Positions 26,580 to 35,317 of a DNA stretch of 51,352 nucleotides are shown one piece after another. Each line of letters opens with the position of its first letter. Positions within the stretch are counted from its first letter, which is position 1. The notes beneath the pieces are model-generated. The model was given only the letters and a program-made list of their open reading frames with translations, made no database searches and was not told where the DNA came from. The position numbers and the translations under genes were made by a program. Source of the DNA: Candidatus Methylomirabilota bacterium. Lineage in GTDB: Bacteria; Methylomirabilota; Methylomirabilia; Rokubacteriales; CSP1-6. The DNA lies in contig JBKPAK010000085.1 in assembly GCA_046726415.1 (NCBI GenBank), positions 1-51,352 of the forward strand. The letters run 5' to 3'.

Positions 26580-27347
26580 ATGGCGCGCCATCTCACGCTG
26601 CTGCTCGCGGGGATCCTGCTGCTCGTCATCGCCTGCCAAACCGCGCCGCTGACCGGCCGCTCGCAAGTGATGTTGCTCTCCGAGGACCAGGAAGCCCAAA
26701 TGGGCCAGCAAGCCTACGGCGAGGTGGTGAAGAAGTCCAAGGTCTCCTCCGATCCCGCGCTCAACGCCCAGGTAGAGCGCGTGGGTCGTCGCATCGCGGA
26801 GGCCACCGGCAAGGACTACGCGTGGGAGTTCAAGGTCATCGAGGATCAGCAGGTGAATGCCTTCTGCCTGCCCGGCGGCAAGGTCGCGGTGTACACGGGC
26901 ATTCTGCCGATCACCCGGGACGACGCCGGGCTCGCCGCGGTGCTCGGCCACGAGGTGGCCCACGCCGTCGCCCGCCACGGCGGTGAGCGGGTCAGCCAGC
27001 AAGTCGGTCTGAACGTGGTGCTCACCGGGCTCCAGGTCGGACTGGGCGCGAATCCCGCGCTGGCCCAGCAGGTCACCGCCTTGCTCGGCGCGGGAGCCAC
27101 CGTCGGCGTGCTGCTGCCCTGGAGCCGGACGCAGGAGTCGGAAGCCGATCATCTCGGCCTCATCTACATGGCCAAGGCCGGCTACCATCCAGCTGCCGCA
27201 AAGGAACTTTGGGTTAGAATGGAAGCTGCCGGCCGGGGCGCCCAGAAGCCGCCGGAGTTCCTCTCCACCCATCCCTCCGAAGCCACCCGGATCAAGCAGA
27301 TCGAGGGCTGGCTCCCCGAGGCGCTGACCTACTACCGACCCCGCTGA
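26580..27347 (+). CDS. M48 family zinc metallopeptidase, lipoprotein (Oma1/LoiP-like)
   Basis: Lipobox LLVIAC, NAFCLPGGK, HEVAH, SRTQESEAD and FLSTHP; TACAAT 7 nt before ATG 26580. Confidence 0.92.
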   Translation: MARHLTLLLAGILLLVIACQTAPLTGRSQVMLLSEDQEAQMGQQAYGEVVKKSKVSSDPALNAQVERVGRRIAEATGKDYAWEFKVIEDQQVNAFCLPGGKVAVYTGILPITRDDAGLAAVLGHEVAHAVARHGGERVSQQVGLNVVLTGLQVGLGANPALAQQVTALLGAGATVGVLLPWSRTQESEADHLGLIYMAKAGYHPAAAKELWVRMEAAGRGAQKPPEFLSTHPSEATRIKQIEGWLPEALTYYRPR

Positions 27348-27537
27348 GGGGCCTTCGCACAGGTCGTTTCCCGCCCCGATTTCGGCCTTCGCCACGGTCG
27401 TTCCCACGTCGATTTCCGCCATCTGGCGTCCACAGGGCTCGAGGCCCCAGGCATGGGGGTAAGGCCCCAATCGGCCCCCACCCCTCGTTTGGGAAAAAAG
27501 TCAGTCTTAAATAGCCTGAGAAATCAGAACTTTTGCC

Positions 27538-27621
27538 TTGACACGTTGGTCGCTGGCGGCTATTGTCGCCGTCGGGTGGACCGAAGTGGGATGAAATCCC
27601 ACGGCGGTTGACGATGTGGGG
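27538..27621 (+). promoter_or_regulatory. dcw (Pmra) promoter with putative MraZ boxes
   Basis: TTGACA-N17-TATTGT at 27538-27566. GTGGA (27576) and GTGGG (27586) are 10 bp apart, with further TCCCAC and GTGGG sites. Confidence 0.75.
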
Positions 27622-27624
27622 GAC

Positions 27625-28074
27625 ATGTTCAGGGGGCGGTTCGAGCACTCAATCGATGGCAAGGGGCGCCTCAGCGTGCCAGCGAAATTCCGGGAGGTGC
27701 TCCAGCAGAAGTTCGACGGCGACAAGAATCTCGTCGTCGTGCCGAACGAGCGCTGCCTCGAGGTTCACCCCGTCGCGCGATGGGAGGAGATCGAGGCGCA
27801 GGTCCGCACCGGCTCGATGTTCGACGAAGGCCTCCGGGAATTGAGCCGGCTCTACATGTCGCGCGCCCGCGAGCTGGAGATCGACAGTGCGGGGCGCGTC
27901 CTGCTACCTCCCGACTCGCGGCAGCAGGCGGGCCTGGACCGCGACGTCACCTTGGTCGGCGGAGGGCTGATGCTCTTCGAGGTCTGGGACCGGCGTCGCT
28001 TCGAGGACTACGAGCGGACGGTGCTGCACAAGCTGCCCGATCTGTTCGACAAGATGGTGAGCCGCGGAGTTTAG
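27625..28074 (+). CDS. mraZ: Division/cell wall cluster transcriptional repressor MraZ
   Basis: MFRGRFEHSIDGKGRLSVPAKFR, IDSAGRVLLP and FEVWD. Confidence 0.96.
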   Translation: MFRGRFEHSIDGKGRLSVPAKFREVLQQKFDGDKNLVVVPNERCLEVHPVARWEEIEAQVRTGSMFDEGLRELSRLYMSRARELEIDSAGRVLLPPDSRQQAGLDRDVTLVGGGLMLFEVWDRRRFEDYERTVLHKLPDLFDKMVSRGV

Positions 28075-28104
28075 CAGTTCACGCGAGACGCTGAGCAGAG
28101 GAGT

Positions 28105-28983
28105 CTAGCAGTTCACGTCCCGGTTCTCGTAGACGAGGTCGCGTTTCTGCTGCGGCCGCGCCGGGAGGGCTGGGTGATCGATGGGACGGTAGGCATGGGC
28201 GGCCACGCGCAGACACTCCTCGAACGGCCAGGCCCGGCCGTGCGCCTCTTGGGTCTGGACGTCGACCCCGAGGCGCTGCGCCGGGCCGCCGAGCGGCTCG
28301 CGCCGTTTGCCGAGCGGGTCCGGCTCGAGCGGGCGAACTTCCGCGATCTCCGGGAGGCCGCCCGTCGCCGCGACGTCCTCACCGCGCAGTCGATTCTGCT
28401 CGACCTCGGCGTTTCCTCGTATCAGCTCCGGGAGTCGGGCCGGGGTTTCTCGTTCCAGGCCGACGAGCCGCTCGACATGCGGCTCGATCCCGAGGCGCCG
28501 ACGACCGCCGCCGAGCTCCTGAACACCGTGGCCGAGGCGAACCTCGCCCGCCTCCTCTTCGAATACGGCGAGGAGCCGCATGCCCGGCGCATCGCGCGCG
28601 CCATCGCGCGCCGCCGCCCACTCGCCACAACTGCCGATCTGGTGGCCGCCGTCCGCAGCGCGGTGCCGCGTCGGGCCTGGCCCCGGCGCCTTCACGTGGC
28701 CACGCGGACGTTCCTGGCCGTCCGCATGGCCGTCAACGACGAGCCGACCGCGCTTCGTCAAGTGTTGCCCGAGGCGGCCGAGATGCTGGAAGTCGGAGGC
28801 CGGCTCGGGGTGATCTCGTTTCACTCGGGGGAGGATCGCGTCGTGAAGCAGACGTTCCGCCTGCTCGCAGCGAGGGAATTCGAGGAGCTGCAGCCGTCGC
28901 CGCTCGCGCCGACCGACGAGGAGGTGCGCGCCAACCCGCGGGCGCGGAGCGCCAAGCTCCGCGTCGTGGAGCGCCGCGCATGA
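28105..28983 (+). CDS. rsmH: 16S rRNA m4C1402 methyltransferase RsmH (start codon uncertain, non-canonical)
   Basis: HVPVLVDEV (upstream of the ORF-track start), DGTVGMGGH, DLGVSSYQL, PLDMR, ISFHSGEDR and NPRARSAKLR. Confidence 0.93.
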   Translation, partial: LAVHVPVLVDEVAFLLRPRREGWVIDGTVGMGGHAQTLLERPGPAVRLLGLDVDPEALRRAAERLAPFAERVRLERANFRDLREAARRRDVLTAQSILLDLGVSSYQLRESGRGFSFQADEPLDMRLDPEAPTTAAELLNTVAEANLARLLFEYGEEPHARRIARAIARRRPLATTADLVAAVRSAVPRRAWPRRLHVATRTFLAVRMAVNDEPTALRQVLPEAAEMLEVGGRLGVISFHSGEDRVVKQTFRLLAAREFEELQPSPLAPTDEEVRANPRARSAKLRVVERRA

Positions 28984-29351
28984 GCCGCGAGCAGCGACTG
29001 CATCGCGAGACCGATCCCCGCGTCGGTCGCTCGCTCAGATTCACCGCGGCCTGCGCCATGTGTCTGGTCATCATGGCGCTGCTGGTGGTGGCCGTGCGCG
29101 TCCAGCACGTCCGCCTGGCCTACCAGCTCGACACCCTACGGGCGGAGCGGACCCGGGTGGAGACCTTGATCCAGCAGCTCGAGGTTCAGCTCGCCACGCT
29201 TCGCTCCCCACGCCGGCTGGAGTCTCAGGCCCGCCAGCTCGGCCTGATCGTCCCCGCGCCCCAGCAGGTCGTGAATGTCCGCGAGTTCGTGGCGGGCGCC
29301 GGCGCCGCGGCGGCCGCTCGTTCGGCGCGGATCGAGGCCCAAGTGCGTTGA
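28980..29351 (+). CDS. ftsL: Cell division protein FtsL
   Basis: Single TM helix plus coiled coil, LRSPRRLESQARQLGL; lies between rsmH and ftsI. Confidence 0.88.
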   Translation: MSREQRLHRETDPRVGRSLRFTAACAMCLVIMALLVVAVRVQHVRLAYQLDTLRAERTRVETLIQQLEVQLATLRSPRRLESQARQLGLIVPAPQQVVNVREFVAGAGAAAAARSARIEAQVR

Positions 29352-31306
29352 GGTTACCCGGCCTCCGGGCGCGGGTCCTCGTGCTCGCCGCGGTGCTCGC
29401 GGCGGCGTTCGTGGGCCTGACCGGACGCCTGGCGCATTTGCAGATCTACCGCCACGCGGAGCTGGCGCAGATGGCGGAGCGACAGTACTTGCGCACGGTG
29501 GTGTTGCCGGCCCGCCGCGGACCGATCGTCGACCGGCATGGCGCGGCGCTCGCGACGTCGACTCCCGCGGAATCGCTCTTCGCCCAGCCTCGCTTCGCCG
29601 GGGACCCCGTGCGCGCGGCCGAGCGCCTGGCCCCGCTCCTCGGTGTGGCTGCCCGCGAGCTTCACGCCACCCTGACCGGCACCCGGTCCTTCGTGTGGCT
29701 GCGGCGCAAGCTTCCTCCCGCCCAGGTCGCCGAGGTGCTGGCCCTTCGGGAGCCGGGGTTCGGCTTCATCCCCGAGCCGATGCGGCTCTATCCAAATCGG
29801 GAGCTGGCCGCGCACGTGATCGGCTTCGAGGGTGCCGACGGCGGCCTCGAGGGCGTGGAACGCACCTTCAATGCGGAACTGGCCGGCGCCGACGGCAAGG
29901 CGGTCGTCGGCCGCGATGCCCTCGGCCGCGATACCGTCGTCCAGCGGGTGGTCCAGGCGCCCGTGGCCGGCTCCGGCGTGAAGTTGACCCTGGACAAGAC
30001 GATCCAGTACATCGCCGAACGGGAGATCGAGGCCGTGTACTGGCGCACGCGGTCCAAGGTGGCCATGGCGGTGGTCATGGATCCCCGCACCGGCGACGTG
30101 CTCGCCATCGCCATCCGGCCCACGTTCAATCCGAATACCTTCTCCGAGCTGGCCTCGCGGGAGGTGGTTCGCAACCGCGCCATCACCGATCCCTTCGAGC
30201 CGGGATCGACGTTCAAGGCGATCATGGCCGCCGCCGCGCTCGAGGAAGGCGTGGTGCGCCCCGCCGATCGCATCTATGCCGAGAACGGCGCCATCACCAT
30301 CGCGCGAGCGACTATCCACGACTGGAAGCGGTACGGATGGCTCAGCTTCTCCGAGGTGCTCCAGAACTCCTCCAACGTCGGCTCCATCAAGGTGGGGCTG
30401 TCGCTCGGATCCGAGCGCTACCACCGCTACATGACGGCGTTCGGGTTCGGCGCCCTCACCGGGGTGGGATTGAGCGGGGAGAGCCGCGGGCAACTGCGCG
30501 ATCCCCGGCGCTGGTCGGCGTTGTCCCTGCCCACCATGTCCATCGGGCAGGAGGTGTCCGTCACCGCGCTGCAGCTGGTGACGGCGTTTGGGGCCATCGC
30601 CAACGGTGGCACCTTGATGCAGCCGCGGGTGGTCAAGGCGTTCCTCGACGAGAACGGCGGGGAAACGCGGCGCGTGGAGCCCCGGGCCGTGCGCCAGATC
30701 ATCTCGAAGGAGACGGCGCGCACGCTCACCGAGATCCTCACCCGCGTGGTGGACGGCGGGACGGGCCGCCACGCCGCCATTCCGGGCTATCCCGTGGCGG
30801 GCAAGACGGGCACGGCGCAGAAGCTCGATCCGGCCACCCGCCGCTACTCTCGGGCCCCCGGGGTCCTGTCCTTCGTCGGCTTCGCCCCGGCCGATGCACC
30901 GCGTTTTGCAATGCTCGTGATGCTCGACGAGCCCAAGAACGAGAAGTGGGGGAGCGAGGCGGCCGCGCCCGTGTTCGCGGCCATCGGCCGTGAGATCCTG
31001 AGGTACCTGGAGGTATTGCCGCGCGGGACACAGCCCGTGCAGATCGTCACCGCCTCCGCGGCCGAGTCGACGGCCTCGCGGATGCGTATGCCGGAGACGC
31101 CTCCCGTGGTGACCCTCGATGCCGAGGCGACCATGCCCGACTTGCGCGGTCGGAGTCTTCGCCACGCCCTGGCCATGCTGGCGCCGCTGCGCCTGGAGGT
31201 CGAGGTCAATGGCCACGGCCTGGTGGCGCGTCAGGACCCAGAGCCCGGCGCGGCGGTGGAACCGGGGACGCCCGCGATCCTCTCGTTGGTCACGCGGACG
31301 CGGTGA
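29348..31306 (+). CDS. ftsI: Peptidoglycan transpeptidase FtsI (PBP3) with C-terminal PASTA domain
   Basis: RGPIVDRHG, RLYPN, FEPGSTFK, SSN and KTGTAQK; MPDLRGRSLR PASTA; TTG start overlaps the ftsL TGA. Confidence 0.95.
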   Translation: MRLPGLRARVLVLAAVLAAAFVGLTGRLAHLQIYRHAELAQMAERQYLRTVVLPARRGPIVDRHGAALATSTPAESLFAQPRFAGDPVRAAERLAPLLGVAARELHATLTGTRSFVWLRRKLPPAQVAEVLALREPGFGFIPEPMRLYPNRELAAHVIGFEGADGGLEGVERTFNAELAGADGKAVVGRDALGRDTVVQRVVQAPVAGSGVKLTLDKTIQYIAEREIEAVYWRTRSKVAMAVVMDPRTGDVLAIAIRPTFNPNTFSELASREVVRNRAITDPFEPGSTFKAIMAAAALEEGVVRPADRIYAENGAITIARATIHDWKRYGWLSFSEVLQNSSNVGSIKVGLSLGSERYHRYMTAFGFGALTGVGLSGESRGQLRDPRRWSALSLPTMSIGQEVSVTALQLVTAFGAIANGGTLMQPRVVKAFLDENGGETRRVEPRAVRQIISKETARTLTEILTRVVDGGTGRHAAIPGYPVAGKTGTAQKLDPATRRYSRAPGVLSFVGFAPADAPRFAMLVMLDEPKNEKWGSEAAAPVFAAIGREILRYLEVLPRGTQPVQIVTASAAESTASRMRMPETPPVVTLDAEATMPDLRGRSLRHALAMLAPLRLEVEVNGHGLVARQDPEPGAAVEPGTPAILSLVTRTR

Positions 31307-31322
31307 GGGGCCGGAGAATGAC

Positions 31323-32813
31323 ATGGGGCGAGAGCAGTTCGGGATGAATGACCTGCTAGAGGCGCTGGCCGAGCGCACGGTGCACGGCGTCCTCCCCGCC
31401 GCGGTGGCTGGGATTGTCAGCGACTCCCGGCGGGTGGAGCCGGGGTATTGCTTCGTCGCCGTGCCGGGCTTCAAGCACGACGCGCGCCACTTCGCCACGG
31501 AGGCGGTTGCCCGGGGCGCCGCCCTCGTCGTCACCGAGGGAGCCCCCCTCGACGCGAGCGTGCCGCAGGTCCTCGTGCCCTCGGCCCGGCGCGCCTTGGC
31601 TCACCTGGCCGCGGCGTACCACGGTCACCCCTCGCGCACGCTGACCTTGATCGGGATCACGGGCACCAATGGCAAGACGACGACCTCATATCTGGTCGAG
31701 GCCCTCCTGCGCGCGCGGGGGTTGCGGACGGGTGTCATCGGGACCATCCAGTACGTGGTGGGCGACGAGCGCCGGGCGGCTGGTCAGACGACGCCGGAGG
31801 CGCCCGAGCTTCAGGCCATGCTGGGCGAGATGTCCAGACGCGGAGTGGGCGGAGTCGCCATGGAGGTTTCGTCTCACGCCCTCGCGCTCGATCGGGTTCA
31901 GGACTTGGCCTTCGACGTGGCGCTCTTCACGAACCTCACCCAGGATCACCTGGACTTTCACGGCACGTTCGAGGCGTACGCCGCCGCCAAGCGGCACCTG
32001 TTCGAGCTGCTCGCCGACTCGCCCAAGCCCAGGCGCGTGGCCGTGGTGAACGCGGACGATCCCGCCGGTGAGGGCATGGTGCGCGACCTGGGCCTCTCCG
32101 TGCTGCGGTTTGGGTTCAGTCCGGGCGCGGAGGTGCGGGCCCTCGAGCACACGTCGGCCCTGGACGGCATTCGGATGATGGTGGGCACCCCGGAGGGATC
32201 GCTGAGCCTCGGCTCCCCGCTGATCGGTGAGCACAACGTGCTCAACCTCTTGGGTGCGGTGGCTGTCGGCCTGGCGCTCGGCCTCGCGCCGGCAGCCATT
32301 GGCGCCGCCCTGGCCACAGTCGACGCGGTGCCGGGCCGGTTCGAGCAGGTGCGCGCAGGGCAACCGTTTCTGGTCATCGTCGACTACGCCCACACCCCCG
32401 ATGCGCTCGAGCGCGTGCTGGCGACGGCGCGGAAGCTGACTCGCGGCCGCCTGGGCGTCGTGTTCGGATGCGGTGGGGACCGCGACCGGGGGAAGCGACC
32501 GCTCATGGGCGCGATCGCCGCGCGGCTGTGCGACCAGGTGTGGGTCACCTCCGACAATCCGCGCTCGGAGCCTCCCGAGGCCATCATCGCCGAGATCGCG
32601 CGCGGGATCGGCGGCGCCGCCGATTCGCGCGGCTACGCGACCTTGGCCGACCGCCGGGCCGCCATCCGAGCGGCCCTGGCGTGGGCGAAGGCGGGCGACA
32701 CCGTGGTGATCGCCGGCAAGGGACACGAGGCGTATCAGATCATCGGCCGCGACGTGCTGCCGTTCGACGACCGCGAGGTGGCGCGCCGGATCTTGCTCGG
32801 AGGCGAAGCATAG
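31323..32813 (+). CDS. murE: UDP-MurNAc-dipeptide:meso-DAP ligase MurE
   Basis: GITGTNGKTT, MEVSSH, DHLDFH, DYAHTPD, GGDRD, DNPR (DAP specificity) and AGKGHE. Confidence 0.96.
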   Translation: MGREQFGMNDLLEALAERTVHGVLPAAVAGIVSDSRRVEPGYCFVAVPGFKHDARHFATEAVARGAALVVTEGAPLDASVPQVLVPSARRALAHLAAAYHGHPSRTLTLIGITGTNGKTTTSYLVEALLRARGLRTGVIGTIQYVVGDERRAAGQTTPEAPELQAMLGEMSRRGVGGVAMEVSSHALALDRVQDLAFDVALFTNLTQDHLDFHGTFEAYAAAKRHLFELLADSPKPRRVAVVNADDPAGEGMVRDLGLSVLRFGFSPGAEVRALEHTSALDGIRMMVGTPEGSLSLGSPLIGEHNVLNLLGAVAVGLALGLAPAAIGAALATVDAVPGRFEQVRAGQPFLVIVDYAHTPDALERVLATARKLTRGRLGVVFGCGGDRDRGKRPLMGAIAARLCDQVWVTSDNPRSEPPEAIIAEIARGIGGAADSRGYATLADRRAAIRAALAWAKAGDTVVIAGKGHEAYQIIGRDVLPFDDREVARRILLGGEA

Positions 32814-34225
32814 CTAGCCGGGCTTCGCGCTTCACCGTGCAAGACATCGTGGCGGCCAGCCGAGGCGCCCTCGTGACGGGCGATCTCGGGATGCCCGTGG
32901 CCGGCGTGTCGATCGACTCGCGCACCTTGGAGGTCGGCGACGCGTTCTTCGCCATCCGCGGCCACCAGCACGACGGCCACGACCATGTGGCGGACGCCGC
33001 GGAGCGCGGGGCCTCGTGCCTGGTGGTGCACTCGTTGCCCGATGACCCGCCGGCCGGCGCGGCCCTCGTGCTCGTCGAAGACACGACCCACGCGCTCGGC
33101 CGTCTCGCCGCCCGCCACCGCGCTCGCTTCGACATTCCGCTGGTCGGGGTGACCGGTTCCAACGGCAAGACCACCACGAAGGAATTGCTGGCCTCGGTGA
33201 TGGCCACGCGCCTAGTGACGCTCAAATCGCCCGCCAGCTTCAACAACCAGTGGGGCGTCCCGATGACGCTCCTGGGGCTGGGTCCGGAGCACGAGGCCGC
33301 CGTCGTCGAGATCGGCACCAACCAGCCCGGCGAGATCGAAGCCCTGGCGGCGATCGCCGCCCCGACGGTGGGCGTGGTCACCATCGTGACGGCCCAGCAC
33401 ACGGAATTCCTGGGCTCCATCGACGGCGTGCGCGAGGAGAAGGCCGCTCTGGTCCGCGCCCTCCCGGCCTCCGGCACCGCCGTCCTCAATGCGGACGATC
33501 CACTGGTGCTGGGCATGGCGAGGGACACCCGCGCCAAGGTGGTGACCTTCGGACGGAGCCCGACGGCCACCGTCCGCCTGGCCTCCGATGTGCTCGAAGA
33601 CGCCGACTCTCTGCGCTTCACCATCGAGTATGCGGGCGCGCGCGCGGCAGTGTCCCTGGCCTTCGCGGGCCGGCACAACGCCACCAACGCTCTGGCCGCG
33701 GCGGCGGGCGGCGTCGCGCTGGGACTGACGCTGTCCGACATCGCGCACGGGCTCGCCGCGGCTCATCCCGCCAAGGGTCGGTGCGTGTGGCGCACCGCGG
33801 GCGGCGTGCGCATCCTCGACGACACGTACAACGCCAATCCGGTGTCGATGCGTGCGGCGCTGGACACGGTGTCCAGCCGACGGGGGAGCGGCCGGCTGGC
33901 GATCGTGCTGGGCGACATGCTCGAGCTCGGCGACATCGCCGACGAGGCCCATCGCGAGGTGGGGCGACAGATCGCCGCACTCGGGGTCGATGAGCTGGTG
34001 GGAGTCGGTCCGCGCGCTCGCCTGACCGTGGAGGCCGCGCGCGCCGCCGGCCTCGGTGAAGTCCGCCACGCGACGACGTTCGAGGACGCCGTCACCCACC
34101 TGCTCAAGCGCCTGGCCCCCGGCGACGTGGTCCTGGTGAAGGGGTCGCGCGGCATGCGGCTCGAGCGCGTGGTCGACGCCTTGGAGGCGCGGTTGCTCCC
34201 CGCAACCGGGCCAGAGGCGACATGA
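32810..34225 (+). CDS. murF: UDP-MurNAc-tripeptide:D-Ala-D-Ala ligase MurF
   Basis: IDSR, GVTGSNGKTTTKE, FNNQWGVP, DDTYNANP, GDMLELG and KGSRGM. Probable ATA start at 32810 (alternative GTG 32837). Confidence 0.95.
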   Translation: MASRASRFTVQDIVAASRGALVTGDLGMPVAGVSIDSRTLEVGDAFFAIRGHQHDGHDHVADAAERGASCLVVHSLPDDPPAGAALVLVEDTTHALGRLAARHRARFDIPLVGVTGSNGKTTTKELLASVMATRLVTLKSPASFNNQWGVPMTLLGLGPEHEAAVVEIGTNQPGEIEALAAIAAPTVGVVTIVTAQHTEFLGSIDGVREEKAALVRALPASGTAVLNADDPLVLGMARDTRAKVVTFGRSPTATVRLASDVLEDADSLRFTIEYAGARAAVSLAFAGRHNATNALAAAAGGVALGLTLSDIAHGLAAAHPAKGRCVWRTAGGVRILDDTYNANPVSMRAALDTVSSRRGSGRLAIVLGDMLELGDIADEAHREVGRQIAALGVDELVGVGPRARLTVEAARAAGLGEVRHATTFEDAVTHLLKRLAPGDVVLVKGSRGMRLERVVDALEARLLPATGPEAT

Positions 34226-34234
34226 GGAGCGCCG

Positions 34235-35317
34235 ATGCTCTACCACCTCCTGGTGCCGCTGGCGCGCGACTCCATCCTCTTCAACGTCTTCCGCTACCTG
34301 ACGTTTCGGTCTCTCATGGCCCTCATCACGGCGCTGATCATCTCCCTGGTGCTCGGCCCCTGGCTGGTGCGGCGGCTGCGCGCCGTGCAGAACGGCGGCG
34401 AGACCATCCGGGAAGACACGCCGGAGCGACACCGCGAGAAGAAGGGGACGCCCACCATGGGTGGCATCCTCATCGTGGGCTCCATCGTGGCGTCGACCCT
34501 GCTCTGGGCGAATCTCCACAACCGCTTCGTCTGGGTCGTCGTGCTCGCCGCGCTCGGCTTCAGCCTGATCGGCGTCTGGGACGACTGGCGCAAGCTGAAG
34601 CGCCGCAAGGGCATGTCGGCCCGACTCAAGTTCGGGCTGCAGCTCATGCTCGCGCTGGCGCTGGTGGGGATCGTGTTCTGGCAGCCCGCGCGCGATGGCT
34701 GGCAGCCCGTCCTGGCCATTCCGTTCTTGAAGGGCTGGCTCATCGACCTCGGCTGGTGGTGGATTCCCTTCGCCATGCTGGTCGTGGTCGGCGCCTCGAA
34801 CGCCGTGAACCTGACCGATGGGCTGGACGGCCTGGCCATCGGTCCCGTCATCATGGCGGGGGGCGCGTTCGGGATCATCGCCTGGCTGACCGGCAACTTC
34901 AGGGCCGCCGACTACCTCAAGATCCTCAATGTCAAGGGCGCCGGCGAGTTGACGGTGTTCTGCGGGGCGCTCATCGGCGCGGCCATCGGGTTCCTCTGGT
35001 TCAACTGCTATCCCGCCCAGGTATTCATGGGCGACGCCGGATCTCTGGCCCTCGGCGCTTCCATCGGGATGCTGTCGGTGCTCACCAAGTCCGAGCTGCT
35101 GCTGCCGCTCATCGGTGGTCTCTATGTCGTCGAGGCCGCCTCGGTGATCATCCAGGTGGCCAGCTTCAAGCTCACCGGGCGCCGCGTCTTCCGCATGGCG
35201 CCCCTGCACCATCACTTCGAGCTGGAGGGGTGGTCGGAGCCCAAGATCGTGGTGCGCTTCTGGATCGTGTCCTTCGCCCTGGCCCTCCTGGCCCTGACCA
35301 CCTTGAAGCTGCGGTGA
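34235..35317 (+). CDS. mraY: Phospho-MurNAc-pentapeptide transferase MraY
   Basis: KKGTPTMGG, NAVNLTDGLDGLA, FMGDAGSL and MAPLHHHFE. Confidence 0.97.
   Translation: MLYHLLVPLARDSILFNVFRYLTFRSLMALITALIISLVLGPWLVRRLRAVQNGGETIREDTPERHREKKGTPTMGGILIVGSIVASTLLWANLHNRFVWVVVLAALGFSLIGVWDDWRKLKRRKGMSARLKFGLQLMLALALVGIVFWQPARDGWQPVLAIPFLKGWLIDLGWWWIPFAMLVVVGASNAVNLTDGLDGLAIGPVIMAGGAFGIIAWLTGNFRAADYLKILNVKGAGELTVFCGALIGAAIGFLWFNCYPAQVFMGDAGSLALGASIGMLSVLTKSELLLPLIGGLYVVEAASVIIQVASFKLTGRRVFRMAPLHHHFELEGWSEPKIVVRFWIVSFALALLALTTLKLR

Noticed and set aside
26220-26629. Long N-terminal extensions of the M48 peptidase and VapC
   Set aside because: Family similarity begins at 26580 (lipoprotein signal) and 26389 respectively, and the extensions overlap each other.
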